A stretch of 64,000 nt of DNA, taken from contig PLYM01000064.1 of assembly GCA_003153375.1 (NCBI GenBank), positions 6,449 through 70,448 of the forward strand, written 5' to 3'. The notes below the pieces were generated by a model. It had not been told where the DNA came from. It saw nothing but the letters and a program-made list of their open reading frames with translations, and did no database searches. Shown one piece after another: positions 40,047 to 49,677 of the stretch; positions within the stretch are counted from its first letter, which is position 1, and the number at the start of each line of letters is the position of its first letter. Source of the stretch: Planctomycetaceae bacterium. Its GTDB lineage: Bacteria > Planctomycetota > Planctomycetia > Pirellulales > PALSA-1355. Made by a program: the position numbers and the translations under genes.

Positions 40047-43000
40047 CTACTGAGCCGCATCCTGTTTTTGTCCTTCGGCGGCTTGCTTCTCGGGATCCGC
40101 CGGCTTGATCAACGGCTTGATCGACGTCTTGGCTTCCATGAAGCGGTCGTAGTTCAGCAACAGATCCACCAAGGCATTCAACTGTTGATCACTGGACCCT
40201 TTATAGAGTGCCTGGCTAACCGGTTTGTCGTACGGCACGTTCACCGGCATGCTCGTATAGGGCAGGATCCGCTTCGGATTGGCGATCCAAGACAACGTGA
40301 AATTTGGCCGCAGCCGCTTGTACACTCGATCCAATTGTGGCGCCATGGCCCGCTCGCTGCCGGTGGGAGTAAAGTCGCCCAGCAGATGGCACTTGGTGCA
40401 GTAGTTGTTGTCGGTCACGATCTTTAGCGCGTCCGTCAGACGATGCGGATGCTCGGCATCTTCGGCCGTCAGGTGCGATTCGCGCGTGCGAGGATCGAAA
40501 TCATAGGGATAATCAACGCCGTCGACCGCCGCGAAATAGTTGACCAGCTTGGTCGCTTCAGCTGGCGACATGTTGAATTTCGGCATTCGCAGCACAACCG
40601 CCGGGCGAATCGCGTGCGGATCGAGCAGGAAGTCGTGCAGCCAGTTGGTTTGCACCTTACGGCCTTCGCCCACCAGCGGCGGCGGCAGCCAGCCCCAGGC
40701 CTCGTCAGGCTTGGCGTTCGGATTGGTCTTCTTCTCTTCCTCGACCACGACCGGATAAGCGGTGCGCGCCAGGAAACCGCCCAGCGGAGCAAATCGCTTC
40801 TCGATCGTCGACTCGGGGATCAGAATATTTTGCAAGCCGGCCTGACGCACCTGGCCGTTGATCAGCACATTGTCCCACAAGACGAACGAGTAGAAAGCCT
40901 TCACGCCGACTTCATCGGCCTCGACCGGCGCGCCGTCCTCGTCCAGCCGCAAGGGCTGCCCTTTTTCGTCCGTGGCCGGCTGACCCACTACGGTCGCATG
41001 ACGGTGACCGCGGGCATCGGTCTTGAGCGATGCCTCGATTTGTTGCGGGGTGAAATGCGGCTGCAGGAACGCAAAATCCCCAATAGTCGCGGGCTTGGAG
41101 AACTGCCCTTCTTCATAGCTCAGATCCCAGCGCTCCTGGCTCAGAGCGTGGCAGCCGGTGCAATTGAATTTCTCAACGATCTGCAAGCCCTGGGTGATCG
41201 CATTGCGACGCGGCGTGCCTTTGTAAACGTATTGGGTCGGCGGCGGTTCGGCCACCATGCCCAGCACGAATGTGATGATCGCCTCGCGCTTCTCTGCGGC
41301 GTCGTCCTTCGTGTCGTCCAGAACGGTGAACTTCGGCATTCGCAGCCGCTCGTTGTAGCTCTTGTTCTGCGTCTTTTGATAGTCGTAGCTGCGCGGCTCG
41401 CGAAGCTTCTGCCAAATGAATCCCTCGCGCTGATGCCCGATCAACTTCTCGACGTAGAAGCCCGTGTTGGCATCAAGATTCTCAACGTCCAGATGAGTGT
41501 GCCCGTAGGGCCCTTCGTCCGCTTCTTCAATTTCCTTGTCGGTCACGTCGGGATGCGCGCTGACCGAGTGCTTCAAAGCACCCGGGGGACCGTGGCCATG
41601 CTTCATGTATTCGACGATCTGCTCGAAGGCCAACTTGTCGGGCGTTTTGCGAGCCCAGTCGGCCAACCCGGTGCCAATCGGCTTGGAGTCCTCGAAGCCC
41701 GGCACGTCGTGGCAGCCGGCGCAGCCATATTTGCTGACCGCGCGGCGACCGACGTAGCGCAATTTCTTGTCGACCGTCATGTCGCCGACCAACTCGACTT
41801 CATCGCCCTTGAGTTCGCTACGACGGCTTTCGGGAATCCCCGTGCGCAGGTAACCCTCGGCCTGCTTCTTGGTGAAGACGGCTTTGAGATTCTCCATGGC
41901 CAGGTCATCGAGCGCCTGCCGCTCGGTATCGGTCAAATCGCCCGAGGGAATATCGGTGGGCTCCCAATCCTGCCGCGAGCCCAGCAGGAAGGCGGTGATG
42001 TCGGCGGCCGGATCAACCTGCTTGCCATCGGCCCCCGCCACCGGTTCGAGGAACATGTTGGGCATGAACGTGCGCGCGTGATACTCACTCGGATTGCGCA
42101 ACCAAGTGTAGAGCCACTTGGGCCCATTCGGATTGTTCTTGCGATCGAGCTTGGCGCCCATCCGCGACAGATTCGGGCCCTGCTCCATTTTGCCCTGCGG
42201 AAAATCGTCGTGCTGATGGCAAGCCAGGCAGCGGGTCTGAAACGCCAGCTTGCCGCGATCGGCCGAAGGCTCGGCGGTTCCCTTGGCCCGCTCGATGTAC
42301 TCGAACGGCTGGCTGACCCCCAGCAGATAGGTGCTGATACCGCGAATTTCAAGCGGCTCATAGCGCTTCGATTCTTCCAGGCCTTTGCCATCCAGGTGGC
42401 TGTACTGGCCGAAGAACTGCGGCATTTTGGTGCTGGGACGAAAATCGCTCGGCTTGCGAATCCACGAATAGAGAAAGTCGAAATCGACCTTGCTCTTCAC
42501 GTGCCGCAGGCTTGGACCAACCTTGCGCAGCTTACCCGGCGACTCGACGTCGTCGAGCAGATTGACCATTCGCTTGGCAATATCCGGCCGGCCCGGCAGT
42601 TTCTCGGCATTCTTCAGCGACTCGGCCAGTGAGTGACGAGCCGAATCGTTCGAAGGCTCGCGCACCAAATCATGGGCCAGTTTCTTCTGCTCGTCGCTCA
42701 AGCCACCATTGGCCAACAGCGCCTGCGCGGCGCCGGTATAGTTGGGTTCCGTGCGCAGATCGGGGCCGATGCGGCGCTTCGGACCGTCGAAGCCGTTGAC
42801 CTCGTGGCAGCCGTAGCAACCATACTGCTGAAACAAGTGGAAGCCCTCGACCAGCTTCGGCGCCGGCGGCTCCGGAAACTTCTCGCTCGGCTCCAATTCG
42901 GTCACGTCATGGTGGCACTTGAGACACAGGCTGTCGGCAAACCGCTTGGGGTACATCGGGAAGATCCAGTGATGGTTGTCGAACCAACCATGCTCGCTCT

Positions 43001-44483
43001 TCCAGCGGTTGCCTTGCATCGGATCGTTGGGCGTGTGCGAGGCCCACTTGAACGACGTGGCACTTCCCTGCCCGTCGTGGCAAATCGTGCAGCCAATATC
43101 GGCCATCTTGTGAGGACTGAGCGAGCCCACGAACAAGTCGAGCCGCGGGTGGCTGGCATAAGGATTGGGCACGCCGCGACGCACCGTCAGCTTCACCGGC
43201 TGACCCCAATTGACGTCTTCGACCAGCGCGCCGAAGATCTTTCGCCGGCTCGTAATCGGCACGTCGTCAACGCGCTCGATGACGTCGCCCACATCAAGCT
43301 GGGCCTTGGCCGCCGGCTGCTCGCGGCGCACAACGCTAACCATGGCCTCGTCGGCGCCGAACAGCCCCTGTTCGGCAAGCTGCAAGCCATAGGCCTCTCG
43401 CACCACGCGCTCGTAGTTTTCTTCGGCGGCGTCAATGCCCTCGGGCTTATCGGATAATCCGGCGGGTGCTTCGGCCGGGGTGTCGAGCGTCAGCACGACG
43501 CGATGTGCTGATTCGTAGAGCGGCTTGACCGCGGAACCGGCCGCCGTCTTGTCCATCGCCAGATGGCAGTTCGTGCAGCGATCGAAGCGGGCGACGTCAC
43601 TGAAATTGTTGTAGATCGTCAGCTTCGGCAACCAAATCTGATCGACCTTCGTGCCGCCAAAGGCATCGAAGATCGGCAAGCTGACGAAATCATTCATCGG
43701 CTTGATCTTCCGCTCGTACACAGCCTTATCCAACTGCGTGCGCTTTTCGACCAGGTCGTCAAGCTGCTTCTTGGCGTCCGCCTCATCGGCGAACATCTGT
43801 CCCACGATCGACTCGAGCCGCAGGCGATAGGTCTTGGCGTCCTGCACCTTCAAGTTCGCGGCATCGACGTCGGCCATCGCCTTGTCGACGGTGGTTTGCA
43901 GGGAGTTTAACTCACTCTTGGGCAGTTCATTGCCGACGGCCAACTCGAACTGACTGCGGGCGACGTCGAGATCGGCCGCGCGAAACTTCTTTTCCGACGC
44001 GAGGTTCCCCTCGTGGAACCGGGCCCGCACGATGAAGGCGTCCAACTCCTTGGCAAGACGCTGGCGGGCGGCCGGCTTCCCGTCGGACTCGGCCGATTTG
44101 AGCGACTCATACGACGCGTCGAGCGCCGTGAAATCCGGCTTCGCTTTGGCCTTCTTGGCCTCGGCGGTGTCTTCCGCTTCCTCGTTGACGGTCTGCTTGA
44201 ACTGGTCGACCAGGCTGCTGTCTGGAACCGCGCGACGCGTGGCCTCCCATTTGACGTCGGCCTCTTTCACCTGGTTGTCGTACTCGTCCGTGTTCTGTTG
44301 ATTGAGACGCGCCTCGGCGGTCCAGGTCTCGATCGACTGGAATGTGCGAACGTAATCTTTCCACTCGCGACGATGGTCGGCCGCCAGCATCCAGATCGTG
44401 GTGGCCAGCATCGCCAGCCCACTCAGGCCGAAGACCATGTGCAACAGTTTTGAGTCGCGCCAAGTTTGCTCAGTAGCAGGCAT
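40047..44483 (-). CDS. giant membrane-anchored octahaem c-type cytochrome with PDZ-like insert (bc-complex associated)
   Basis: ATG 44481-44483 preferred over TTG 44501. One TM (MVFGLSGLAMLATTIWMLA) and a ~270-aa coiled coil. Eight CXXCH motifs: CTNCH, CTICH, CLKCH, CYGCH, CLACH, CAGCH, CTGCH, CTKCH. PDZ-like VGDVIERVDDVPITSRRKIFGALV...VKLTVRRG. Confidence 0.85.
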   Translation of the reverse strand: MPATEQTWRDSKLLHMVFGLSGLAMLATTIWMLAADHRREWKDYVRTFQSIETWTAEARLNQQNTDEYDNQVKEADVKWEATRRAVPDSSLVDQFKQTVNEEAEDTAEAKKAKAKPDFTALDASYESLKSAESDGKPAARQRLAKELDAFIVRARFHEGNLASEKKFRAADLDVARSQFELAVGNELPKSELNSLQTTVDKAMADVDAANLKVQDAKTYRLRLESIVGQMFADEADAKKQLDDLVEKRTQLDKAVYERKIKPMNDFVSLPIFDAFGGTKVDQIWLPKLTIYNNFSDVARFDRCTNCHLAMDKTAAGSAVKPLYESAHRVVLTLDTPAEAPAGLSDKPEGIDAAEENYERVVREAYGLQLAEQGLFGADEAMVSVVRREQPAAKAQLDVGDVIERVDDVPITSRRKIFGALVEDVNWGQPVKLTVRRGVPNPYASHPRLDLFVGSLSPHKMADIGCTICHDGQGSATSFKWASHTPNDPMQGNRWKSEHGWFDNHHWIFPMYPKRFADSLCLKCHHDVTELEPSEKFPEPPAPKLVEGFHLFQQYGCYGCHEVNGFDGPKRRIGPDLRTEPNYTGAAQALLANGGLSDEQKKLAHDLVREPSNDSARHSLAESLKNAEKLPGRPDIAKRMVNLLDDVESPGKLRKVGPSLRHVKSKVDFDFLYSWIRKPSDFRPSTKMPQFFGQYSHLDGKGLEESKRYEPLEIRGISTYLLGVSQPFEYIERAKGTAEPSADRGKLAFQTRCLACHQHDDFPQGKMEQGPNLSRMGAKLDRKNNPNGPKWLYTWLRNPSEYHARTFMPNMFLEPVAGADGKQVDPAADITAFLLGSRQDWEPTDIPSGDLTDTERQALDDLAMENLKAVFTKKQAEGYLRTGIPESRRSELKGDEVELVGDMTVDKKLRYVGRRAVSKYGCAGCHDVPGFEDSKPIGTGLADWARKTPDKLAFEQIVEYMKHGHGPPGALKHSVSAHPDVTDKEIEEADEGPYGHTHLDVENLDANTGFYVEKLIGHQREGFIWQKLREPRSYDYQKTQNKSYNERLRMPKFTVLDDTKDDAAEKREAIITFVLGMVAEPPPTQYVYKGTPRRNAITQGLQIVEKFNCTGCHALSQERWDLSYEEGQFSKPATIGDFAFLQPHFTPQQIEASLKTDARGHRHATVVGQPATDEKGQPLRLDEDGAPVEADEVGVKAFYSFVLWDNVLINGQVRQAGLQNILIPESTIEKRFAPLGGFLARTAYPVVVEEEKKTNPNAKPDEAWGWLPPPLVGEGRKVQTNWLHDFLLDPHAIRPAVVLRMPKFNMSPAEATKLVNYFAAVDGVDYPYDFDPRTRESHLTAEDAEHPHRLTDALKIVTDNNYCTKCHLLGDFTPTGSERAMAPQLDRVYKRLRPNFTLSWIANPKRILPYTSMPVNVPYDKPVSQALYKGSSDQQLNALVDLLLNYDRFMEAKTSIKPLIKPADPEKQAAEGQKQDAAQ

Positions 44484-44519
44484 AATTATCGATCGCGCCA
44501 AGGGGCGCGGAGCCAGGGC

Positions 44520-45827
44520 TCAAAAATTCAGGAAGTACTCGGGAATGCTCACGATGTATTTCAAATTCCACACCCATCGCAACACCATCTTCAGCGGCAG
44601 TGCCGCCATGAACAGCAACAGGTTGGCCATCAGCATGAACCGCACGAAACCCATCTTTACGAAAAAGCTGCGGAACACGGTGACCGCCATCAGCGGCGGC
44701 AGCGCGACGAAGTAGCCGATCAGCAGGGCGATGCCCAGCCACTCACGCTTCAAGATATAGAGAATCTCCCACACCAGGCTGCTGCCGGGCGGGGCCTTGG
44801 GAAGGGCCTCGCCCATCCCATAGATCCAAAAATATTGCGAGAGGTCGACGTTATTGAGTGCCAACACCTTGTGCGGATCCCAGAATTCGAACGGCCCAAA
44901 AATGTTCCAGTTCGGACCGCGAAAGAACGTGCCCAAGATGATCAGCGTGACCCACATTTCCAGAAAGCCGAACTGAAAGATCAAGTAGCTGAACTTCCGT
45001 TCGTCGATTGTGTAATAGCCGTTGCCCTTCTTGTTGAAATCCAGGAACGGAATCGCCGCCAACCCCACCAGCACCAAACTGGGCAGCACAACCCCCGCCA
45101 TCCAGGGGTCGTAGTAAACGAGCATTTCCTGCAAGCCCAGGAAGTACCAAGGCGCCTTCGACGGATTGGGCGTCTTGACGCGACTGGCCGGTTCTTCCAG
45201 CGGTGCTTGCAACGAAATGGCCCAGATCAGCAGGAAGGCAGTCAACGCGACCATGCAGATCAGCTCGGTGTAAACCAGATCAGGCCACACCAGCACTTTT
45301 TCGTTGTCCAACTTCTCCAGCGGCTCCAAGCCCTGCTTCAGCCGCTCATCGTTCTTCACGGCCTGCGCCGTGGCCAGCCAGGTAAAAAAGCCCAGCAGGA
45401 ACACCAGACCCACGATCGGCACGTTGTCGGGCTTGGTGACGATGGCAGCGAAGTTCGGATCGACCATCGACAGGCCCATCAGAACGAGCGACACGTTCAA
45501 CAAAATCCAGGCCACGCGCGGCTGCACCAAGAACTTCCGCAGCACGAAGGCCAGCACCAAGAGTGCCGTGGTGCCCACGCTGTAGATGACCGGGCCCGTG
45601 GCATAATTCACGGCGTTCCGCAGTCCCTCGGGCAATCCCGGCGGGCTGTGACCCAGCGACGAGGCGGCCGCGGCCATCAGGCCGAAGAAGACCACGATCC
45701 AGAAGATCGCCTCGCCCACCCGGTGACGGTTGTGCCAGACGTGAAAAGCCATGACGGCGTTCATCGCCGCCAGGAACAGGTAATACCCGCCCAGGAATCC
45801 CGAAATATCAGTCGATGAACCGTGCAT
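44520..45827 (-). CDS. cytochrome b C-terminal-domain / subunit IV-like membrane protein (extended)
   Basis: 435 aa, many TM segments. PNPSKAPWYFLGLQEMLVYYDPWMAGVVLP corresponds to the PEWY region of cytochrome b/b6f subunit IV. Confidence 0.8.
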   Translation of the reverse strand: MHGSSTDISGFLGGYYLFLAAMNAVMAFHVWHNRHRVGEAIFWIVVFFGLMAAAASSLGHSPPGLPEGLRNAVNYATGPVIYSVGTTALLVLAFVLRKFLVQPRVAWILLNVSLVLMGLSMVDPNFAAIVTKPDNVPIVGLVFLLGFFTWLATAQAVKNDERLKQGLEPLEKLDNEKVLVWPDLVYTELICMVALTAFLLIWAISLQAPLEEPASRVKTPNPSKAPWYFLGLQEMLVYYDPWMAGVVLPSLVLVGLAAIPFLDFNKKGNGYYTIDERKFSYLIFQFGFLEMWVTLIILGTFFRGPNWNIFGPFEFWDPHKVLALNNVDLSQYFWIYGMGEALPKAPPGSSLVWEILYILKREWLGIALLIGYFVALPPLMAVTVFRSFFVKMGFVRFMLMANLLLFMAALPLKMVLRWVWNLKYIVSIPEYFLNF

Positions 45828-45911
45828 GGAGTGTTTGCTTTTTACAGCATCCGGAAACTAGGGCCAATTTCATCGCCGCATCGCGACGTCCTCGCACTCG
45901 AGCGGGCGTCG

Positions 45912-46685
45912 CTACAGCGGACCGCTGATGCCACCGTCTTTGCGGACGCGCCAAAAATGGATCGCCAATAATAACGAGACCGCCAACGGAATCGCGATGC
46001 AGTGCAGAATATAGAACCGGTTCAACGTGCCTTCGCCCACGAACCGCTCGCCCAACAGCGCAAAGCGCGCATCCGAGGCGTTGGTGATCATGTCGATGCC
46101 CTGCAAATTCAACAACTGCTGACCCGGACCTTCGTGCCCCAACACTGGGGTGGCCCGAGCCATGTTCGATCCGACCGTGATAGCCCAGATCGCCAGCTGA
46201 TCCCAAGGCAACAAGTAGCCCGTGAACGACAACAACAGAGTCAGCAGCAGCAGGATAACGCCCACCACCCAATTGAACTCGCGCGGCGGCTTATAGCTGC
46301 CGGTCAGAAACACGCGATACATGTGCAGCCAGACCGTAATCACCATCGCGTGCGCGCCCCAGCGGTGCAACTCGCGCAGAATGCCCAATGACGTCACGTC
46401 GCGGAGACTCAAGATGTCGTTATAGGCCCACTCCAGCGTCGGCCGATAATAGAACATCAAGAGCACGCCGGTCACGGTCTCGACGAGAAACAGAAAGAAC
46501 GTCACGCCGCCCATGCACCACGTGTAGCTGAGCGCGATGCCTTGCTTTTTGACCGAAACCGGGTGCAGGTGCAGAAAGAAGTTGGTCAGCATCACCACAA
46601 TACGGTTGCGGCGATCCTGGGGCATCGGGTGCCGGAAGATGCTCTTCCACACCTGCGACTCGCGAATCATTTCACCGAGGGACAT
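45912..46685 (-). CDS. cytochrome b (b6-like N-terminal four-helix half)
   Basis: 257 aa. [56 protein letters not shown] and [28 protein letters not shown]. Confidence 0.9.
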   Translation of the reverse strand: MSLGEMIRESQVWKSIFRHPMPQDRRNRIVVMLTNFFLHLHPVSVKKQGIALSYTWCMGGVTFFLFLVETVTGVLLMFYYRPTLEWAYNDILSLRDVTSLGILRELHRWGAHAMVITVWLHMYRVFLTGSYKPPREFNWVVGVILLLLTLLLSFTGYLLPWDQLAIWAITVGSNMARATPVLGHEGPGQQLLNLQGIDMITNASDARFALLGERFVGEGTLNRFYILHCIAIPLAVSLLLAIHFWRVRKDGGISGPL

Positions 46686-46707
46686 TGCTTACTACCGCGT
46701 GTTCGAT

Positions 46708-46735
46708 GGAAAAGAAACAGGCCGCTCTTCCGGCC
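46708..46735 (-). terminator. terminator/attenuator-like hairpin between the Rieske and cytochrome b genes
   Basis: Minus strand GGCCG-GAAGAG-CGGCC followed directly by TGTTTCTTTTCC, about 20 nt before the cytochrome b ATG. Confidence 0.3.
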
Positions 46736-46746
46736 GAGGAATATCC

Positions 46747-46762
46747 GGCCGGTCATCCGGCC
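46747..46762 (-). other. perfect 6-bp GC hairpin (GGCCGG-ATGA-CCGGCC)
   Basis: Seen directly. Lies 11 nt upstream (minus sense) of the terminator-like hairpin in the same 240-nt spacer. Confidence 0.3.
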
Positions 46763-46925
46763 CTGAAGGCACGCCGACAGCGGCGAGACGATTGACAAGA
46801 ATGCGTTGTCGCGGCTCCGTCCTGCCTGTGCTTGACCACCGGGCCGCCCGCGGGGACGCAGCTCCGGACCGAAGTTTCCAAGACCGCGCAGCATCGCCCG
46901 CTTCCGTCGCGGCAAGCGACCGAAC

Positions 46926-47984
46926 TCACACTGCAACGAATGAAGCTGGGTCGCTCCACTGGCCGATTTCTTCCTGAAAGATCTTGCTCTTGTCGATTTC
47001 CAACTGGCCGTCATCGGCCAGGCGGATGGCATAACGCTCCAAGGGCCGAGGTGCCGGACCCTCGAAATTGATGCCGTCCTTGTAAAACCCGCTGCCGTGA
47101 CAGGGACACTTGAACTTCTGCTCGCCCTCGAGCCAATTGGGCGTGCAACCCAAATGCGTGCACACGCTGCGCAGCGCATAGATTTCCGATTTGCCGTTGT
47201 ATTCGTAGTTCACGACCCACACGCCATACTGCGGGATGAACTTGGTTTCGACCTGACCGGGCGCGAAGTTACTGGGAAAGCCGACCTTGAACTTGCTCGG
47301 CGGCTCGGTCAGCACATTGGGAAACATGAATCGCGCGGTGCCCAATGTCCACAAGCCAAACGTCACGCCCATCGACACAAACCCAATGCCCAAGAACGAA
47401 CCCAGCATCACGTCGGTGAGAAAATTGCGGCGACTCTCGTCGACAGTAACCTTCGGCTTCGGCTTCGCATAATCGGGCTTGGCCGGCATCGGCGGCACGA
47501 CGGCTCGCGGCTTTTCCTTGGCCGCCGGCTTGGCGGCCGGCGCCTTCAGCGCGGCCTCGGCCTTTGACATCGGACCGGGCTTCGCGCCACTCCGCGTCTC
47601 GGAAAGAATGCTGCCTGTATCCTTGGGAGCCGTAGGCGCTGCCGGGGCTTTGGGCGCAGCCTTGGCAGCCGCAGGCTTGGCGGCGGGCGCGGGCTTTTCA
47701 GCGGCGACTGGCTTCGCGGCCGCAGGCTTGGGAGCGGCGGCGCCCGGCGCCTTCTCGGCGCGGGCCGCAGCCAACATCTCAGCCACACTCATTTTCGCAC
47801 CGCCAGCAGCAGCGGGCTTGGCGGCAGGCTTCGCCGCCGGAGCCGCCGTCGGCGCAGCAGCTTCGGGAGCCGACGATTCGGCGGCGGGCTCACTAGGGGC
47901 CTCGGCCGATTTGCCGCTGTCAGCCTTGCGCGCGGCAGCCACCATCTCGGCTACCGACATCTTCTTTTTTTCTGGTTCCGCCAT
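46926..47984 (-). CDS. Rieske [2Fe-2S] subunit of a bc-type complex with ~185-aa Ala/Pro/Lys-rich N-terminal extension
   Basis: CTHLGCTPNW...CPCHGSGF cluster-binding boxes, with TM helix FLTDVMLGSFLGIGFVSMGVTFGLW upstream. Confidence 0.9.
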   Translation of the reverse strand: MAEPEKKKMSVAEMVAAARKADSGKSAEAPSEPAAESSAPEAAAPTAAPAAKPAAKPAAAGGAKMSVAEMLAAARAEKAPGAAAPKPAAAKPVAAEKPAPAAKPAAAKAAPKAPAAPTAPKDTGSILSETRSGAKPGPMSKAEAALKAPAAKPAAKEKPRAVVPPMPAKPDYAKPKPKVTVDESRRNFLTDVMLGSFLGIGFVSMGVTFGLWTLGTARFMFPNVLTEPPSKFKVGFPSNFAPGQVETKFIPQYGVWVVNYEYNGKSEIYALRSVCTHLGCTPNWLEGEQKFKCPCHGSGFYKDGINFEGPAPRPLERYAIRLADDGQLEIDKSKIFQEEIGQWSDPASFVAV

Positions 47985-48123
47985 GCCCGTATCACCCTCA
48001 GGCCTGACCTAATCGACTATTTCGCCACAATCGACAAACTCAACGAGCGCCAGACCGCTGGGCGATAACCCCAAGCCCATTCATGACCTACACGAATTCG
48101 TCCGTCCCGCTGCCGGGCAGGAT

Positions 48124-48139
48124 TGTGACATTTTTCACG
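48124..48139. promoter_or_regulatory. CRP/FNR-family-like palindrome TGTGA-N6-TCACG
   Basis: TGTGACATTTTTCACG lies in the only AT-rich patch of the divergent spacer, about 140 bp upstream of the Rieske ATG. It is a 9/10 match to TGTGA-N6-TCACA. Confidence 0.25.
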
Positions 48140-48399
48140 ATCTATATCTCTTTTGTAACGCACGCTATACGCCGTTGTCAACCCACTCTTTTCGAGTGTT
48201 TCAACCTTCGCCGACGGTCCCTGGTCGACCCCTCGGAGAGGCTCTGATGTTCGCCGGCAACCTGCCAATGGGAGGCTCCGTCAGGGGAAAAACTCCGCCA
48301 CTCGGCGAGCTTTCATGCGGACGACGCCTCGCAACGGCTTAGCCAGTCGCGAAGTGGTATCATCTTAACAATTCCTCCTTCCCGTGCGAGCCCCCTGCC

Positions 48400-49551
48400 G
48401 TGAGTTCCCTGCCCGATCGCGATCCTATCGAGACCAATCGGGCAGGCGGCGACGATCCTGATCACTCCATCGACTGGCTCGAACTGGAACGCATCACGCA
48501 CCGCGACCCCGCGGGCCGAGGGCTTGCCAGTTATGCACCCTACGGCGCGCCGCTCGATCGAGGGCAACTGCGGGCCGCGGCCTGCTCGCTGGCCAAACAC
48601 GCCGGCACCGTTGGCATCGTCACCGGTTTCTGCGTTCAGCTCGATCATGAAGTGACCGCCGAAACCGACGGCCCGCCGGGGGCTCTGTTTCTCGCGCGGG
48701 CATTACTCGCATGCGACGTCGACGTCGTGCTGATCACGGACCGTTATGCGCTGCCGCTGCTGACGGCCGGCCGTGAGCTGTGGCGGCTCGATCGCGCGCG
48801 GCTGCTGGAGTTCCCCTGTGAAGAGGGCGAGCCCTTCGACCCGGATCGGGCCAGCAACGAATCGTCAGGCAACGAACGCGCCGACCGTTGGGTCCGCGAC
48901 TTCTATTCCGCGCAGCTTTCAGCCCGTGGACGAGATCGACCTTTGAGCCATTTGATTGCCATTGAGCGCCCTGGGCCGAGCCACACACTTGAATCGCTCG
49001 CCGCGCAAGACCGCACTGGCTCACCGCCACTCGAACGTTTTTCGCGCGAGGTCCCCGCCGCAGTGCGCAACATTTGCCACACCATGCGCGGCAAATCGAT
49101 CAATCCGTGGACGGCCAAGACACATCGTCTGTTCGAGTGGATCGGTGAGCAGAATTTGCCGATCCACACGATCGGCATCGGCGATGGCGGCAATGAATTG
49201 GGAATGGGCCGGTTTGCTTGGGAAGAACTCACAACCGCAGGATCCGGACCGGTCGGACAAATCGCCTGCCGCATCGCCACCGACAACACGCTGATTGCCG
49301 GCGTCAGCGATTGGGGGGCTTATGGCCTGGCCCTGGCCCTGGCACGGCTGCGCGGGGCAACACGAGCAGCCAACACCTGGCACGCCCGAGGGCAGCGCGA
49401 GTTGCTCGAAGCGATCGTTCGCCACACATCGGCAGTCGACGGGCTCACGTTGCGGCACGAGGCCACGGTCGACGGCCTGGCGATGGCCGACTACTTGCGG
49501 CCGCTGAGGGATATGCGCCAATGCCTGGGCTTCGATGCCGGCGAGCCCTGA
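48400..49551 (+). CDS. DUF4392 (D-glutamate cyclase-like) domain protein
   Basis: GTG start. VTGFCV, ETDGPPGA, IGIGDGGNELGMG and AGVSDWGAYGL recalled as DUF4392 motifs. The start position is uncertain. Confidence 0.7.
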   Translation: MSSLPDRDPIETNRAGGDDPDHSIDWLELERITHRDPAGRGLASYAPYGAPLDRGQLRAAACSLAKHAGTVGIVTGFCVQLDHEVTAETDGPPGALFLARALLACDVDVVLITDRYALPLLTAGRELWRLDRARLLEFPCEEGEPFDPDRASNESSGNERADRWVRDFYSAQLSARGRDRPLSHLIAIERPGPSHTLESLAAQDRTGSPPLERFSREVPAAVRNICHTMRGKSINPWTAKTHRLFEWIGEQNLPIHTIGIGDGGNELGMGRFAWEELTTAGSGPVGQIACRIATDNTLIAGVSDWGAYGLALALARLRGATRAANTWHARGQRELLEAIVRHTSAVDGLTLRHEATVDGLAMADYLRPLRDMRQCLGFDAGEP

Positions 49552-49677
49552 GCGGTGACTTGCCTGGCATGGGCCGGTTTGCGGTATGATGAAGGAGCAC
49601 GACGGCTCGCAGGGGCTGTGGACTGCTCCTAGTCGGCTTCAAGAAATCGCCATTCCGGGTGCCTCCGACGGCTGGTT

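Noticed and set aside
40443-42632. 729-aa plus-strand ORF opposite the octahaem cytochrome gene
   Set aside because: This is an antisense shadow ORF typical of GC-rich DNA. It has an Arg/Gly/Ala/Leu-rich nonsense composition and no motifs, while the minus-strand frame carries eight CXXCH motifs and coherent domains.
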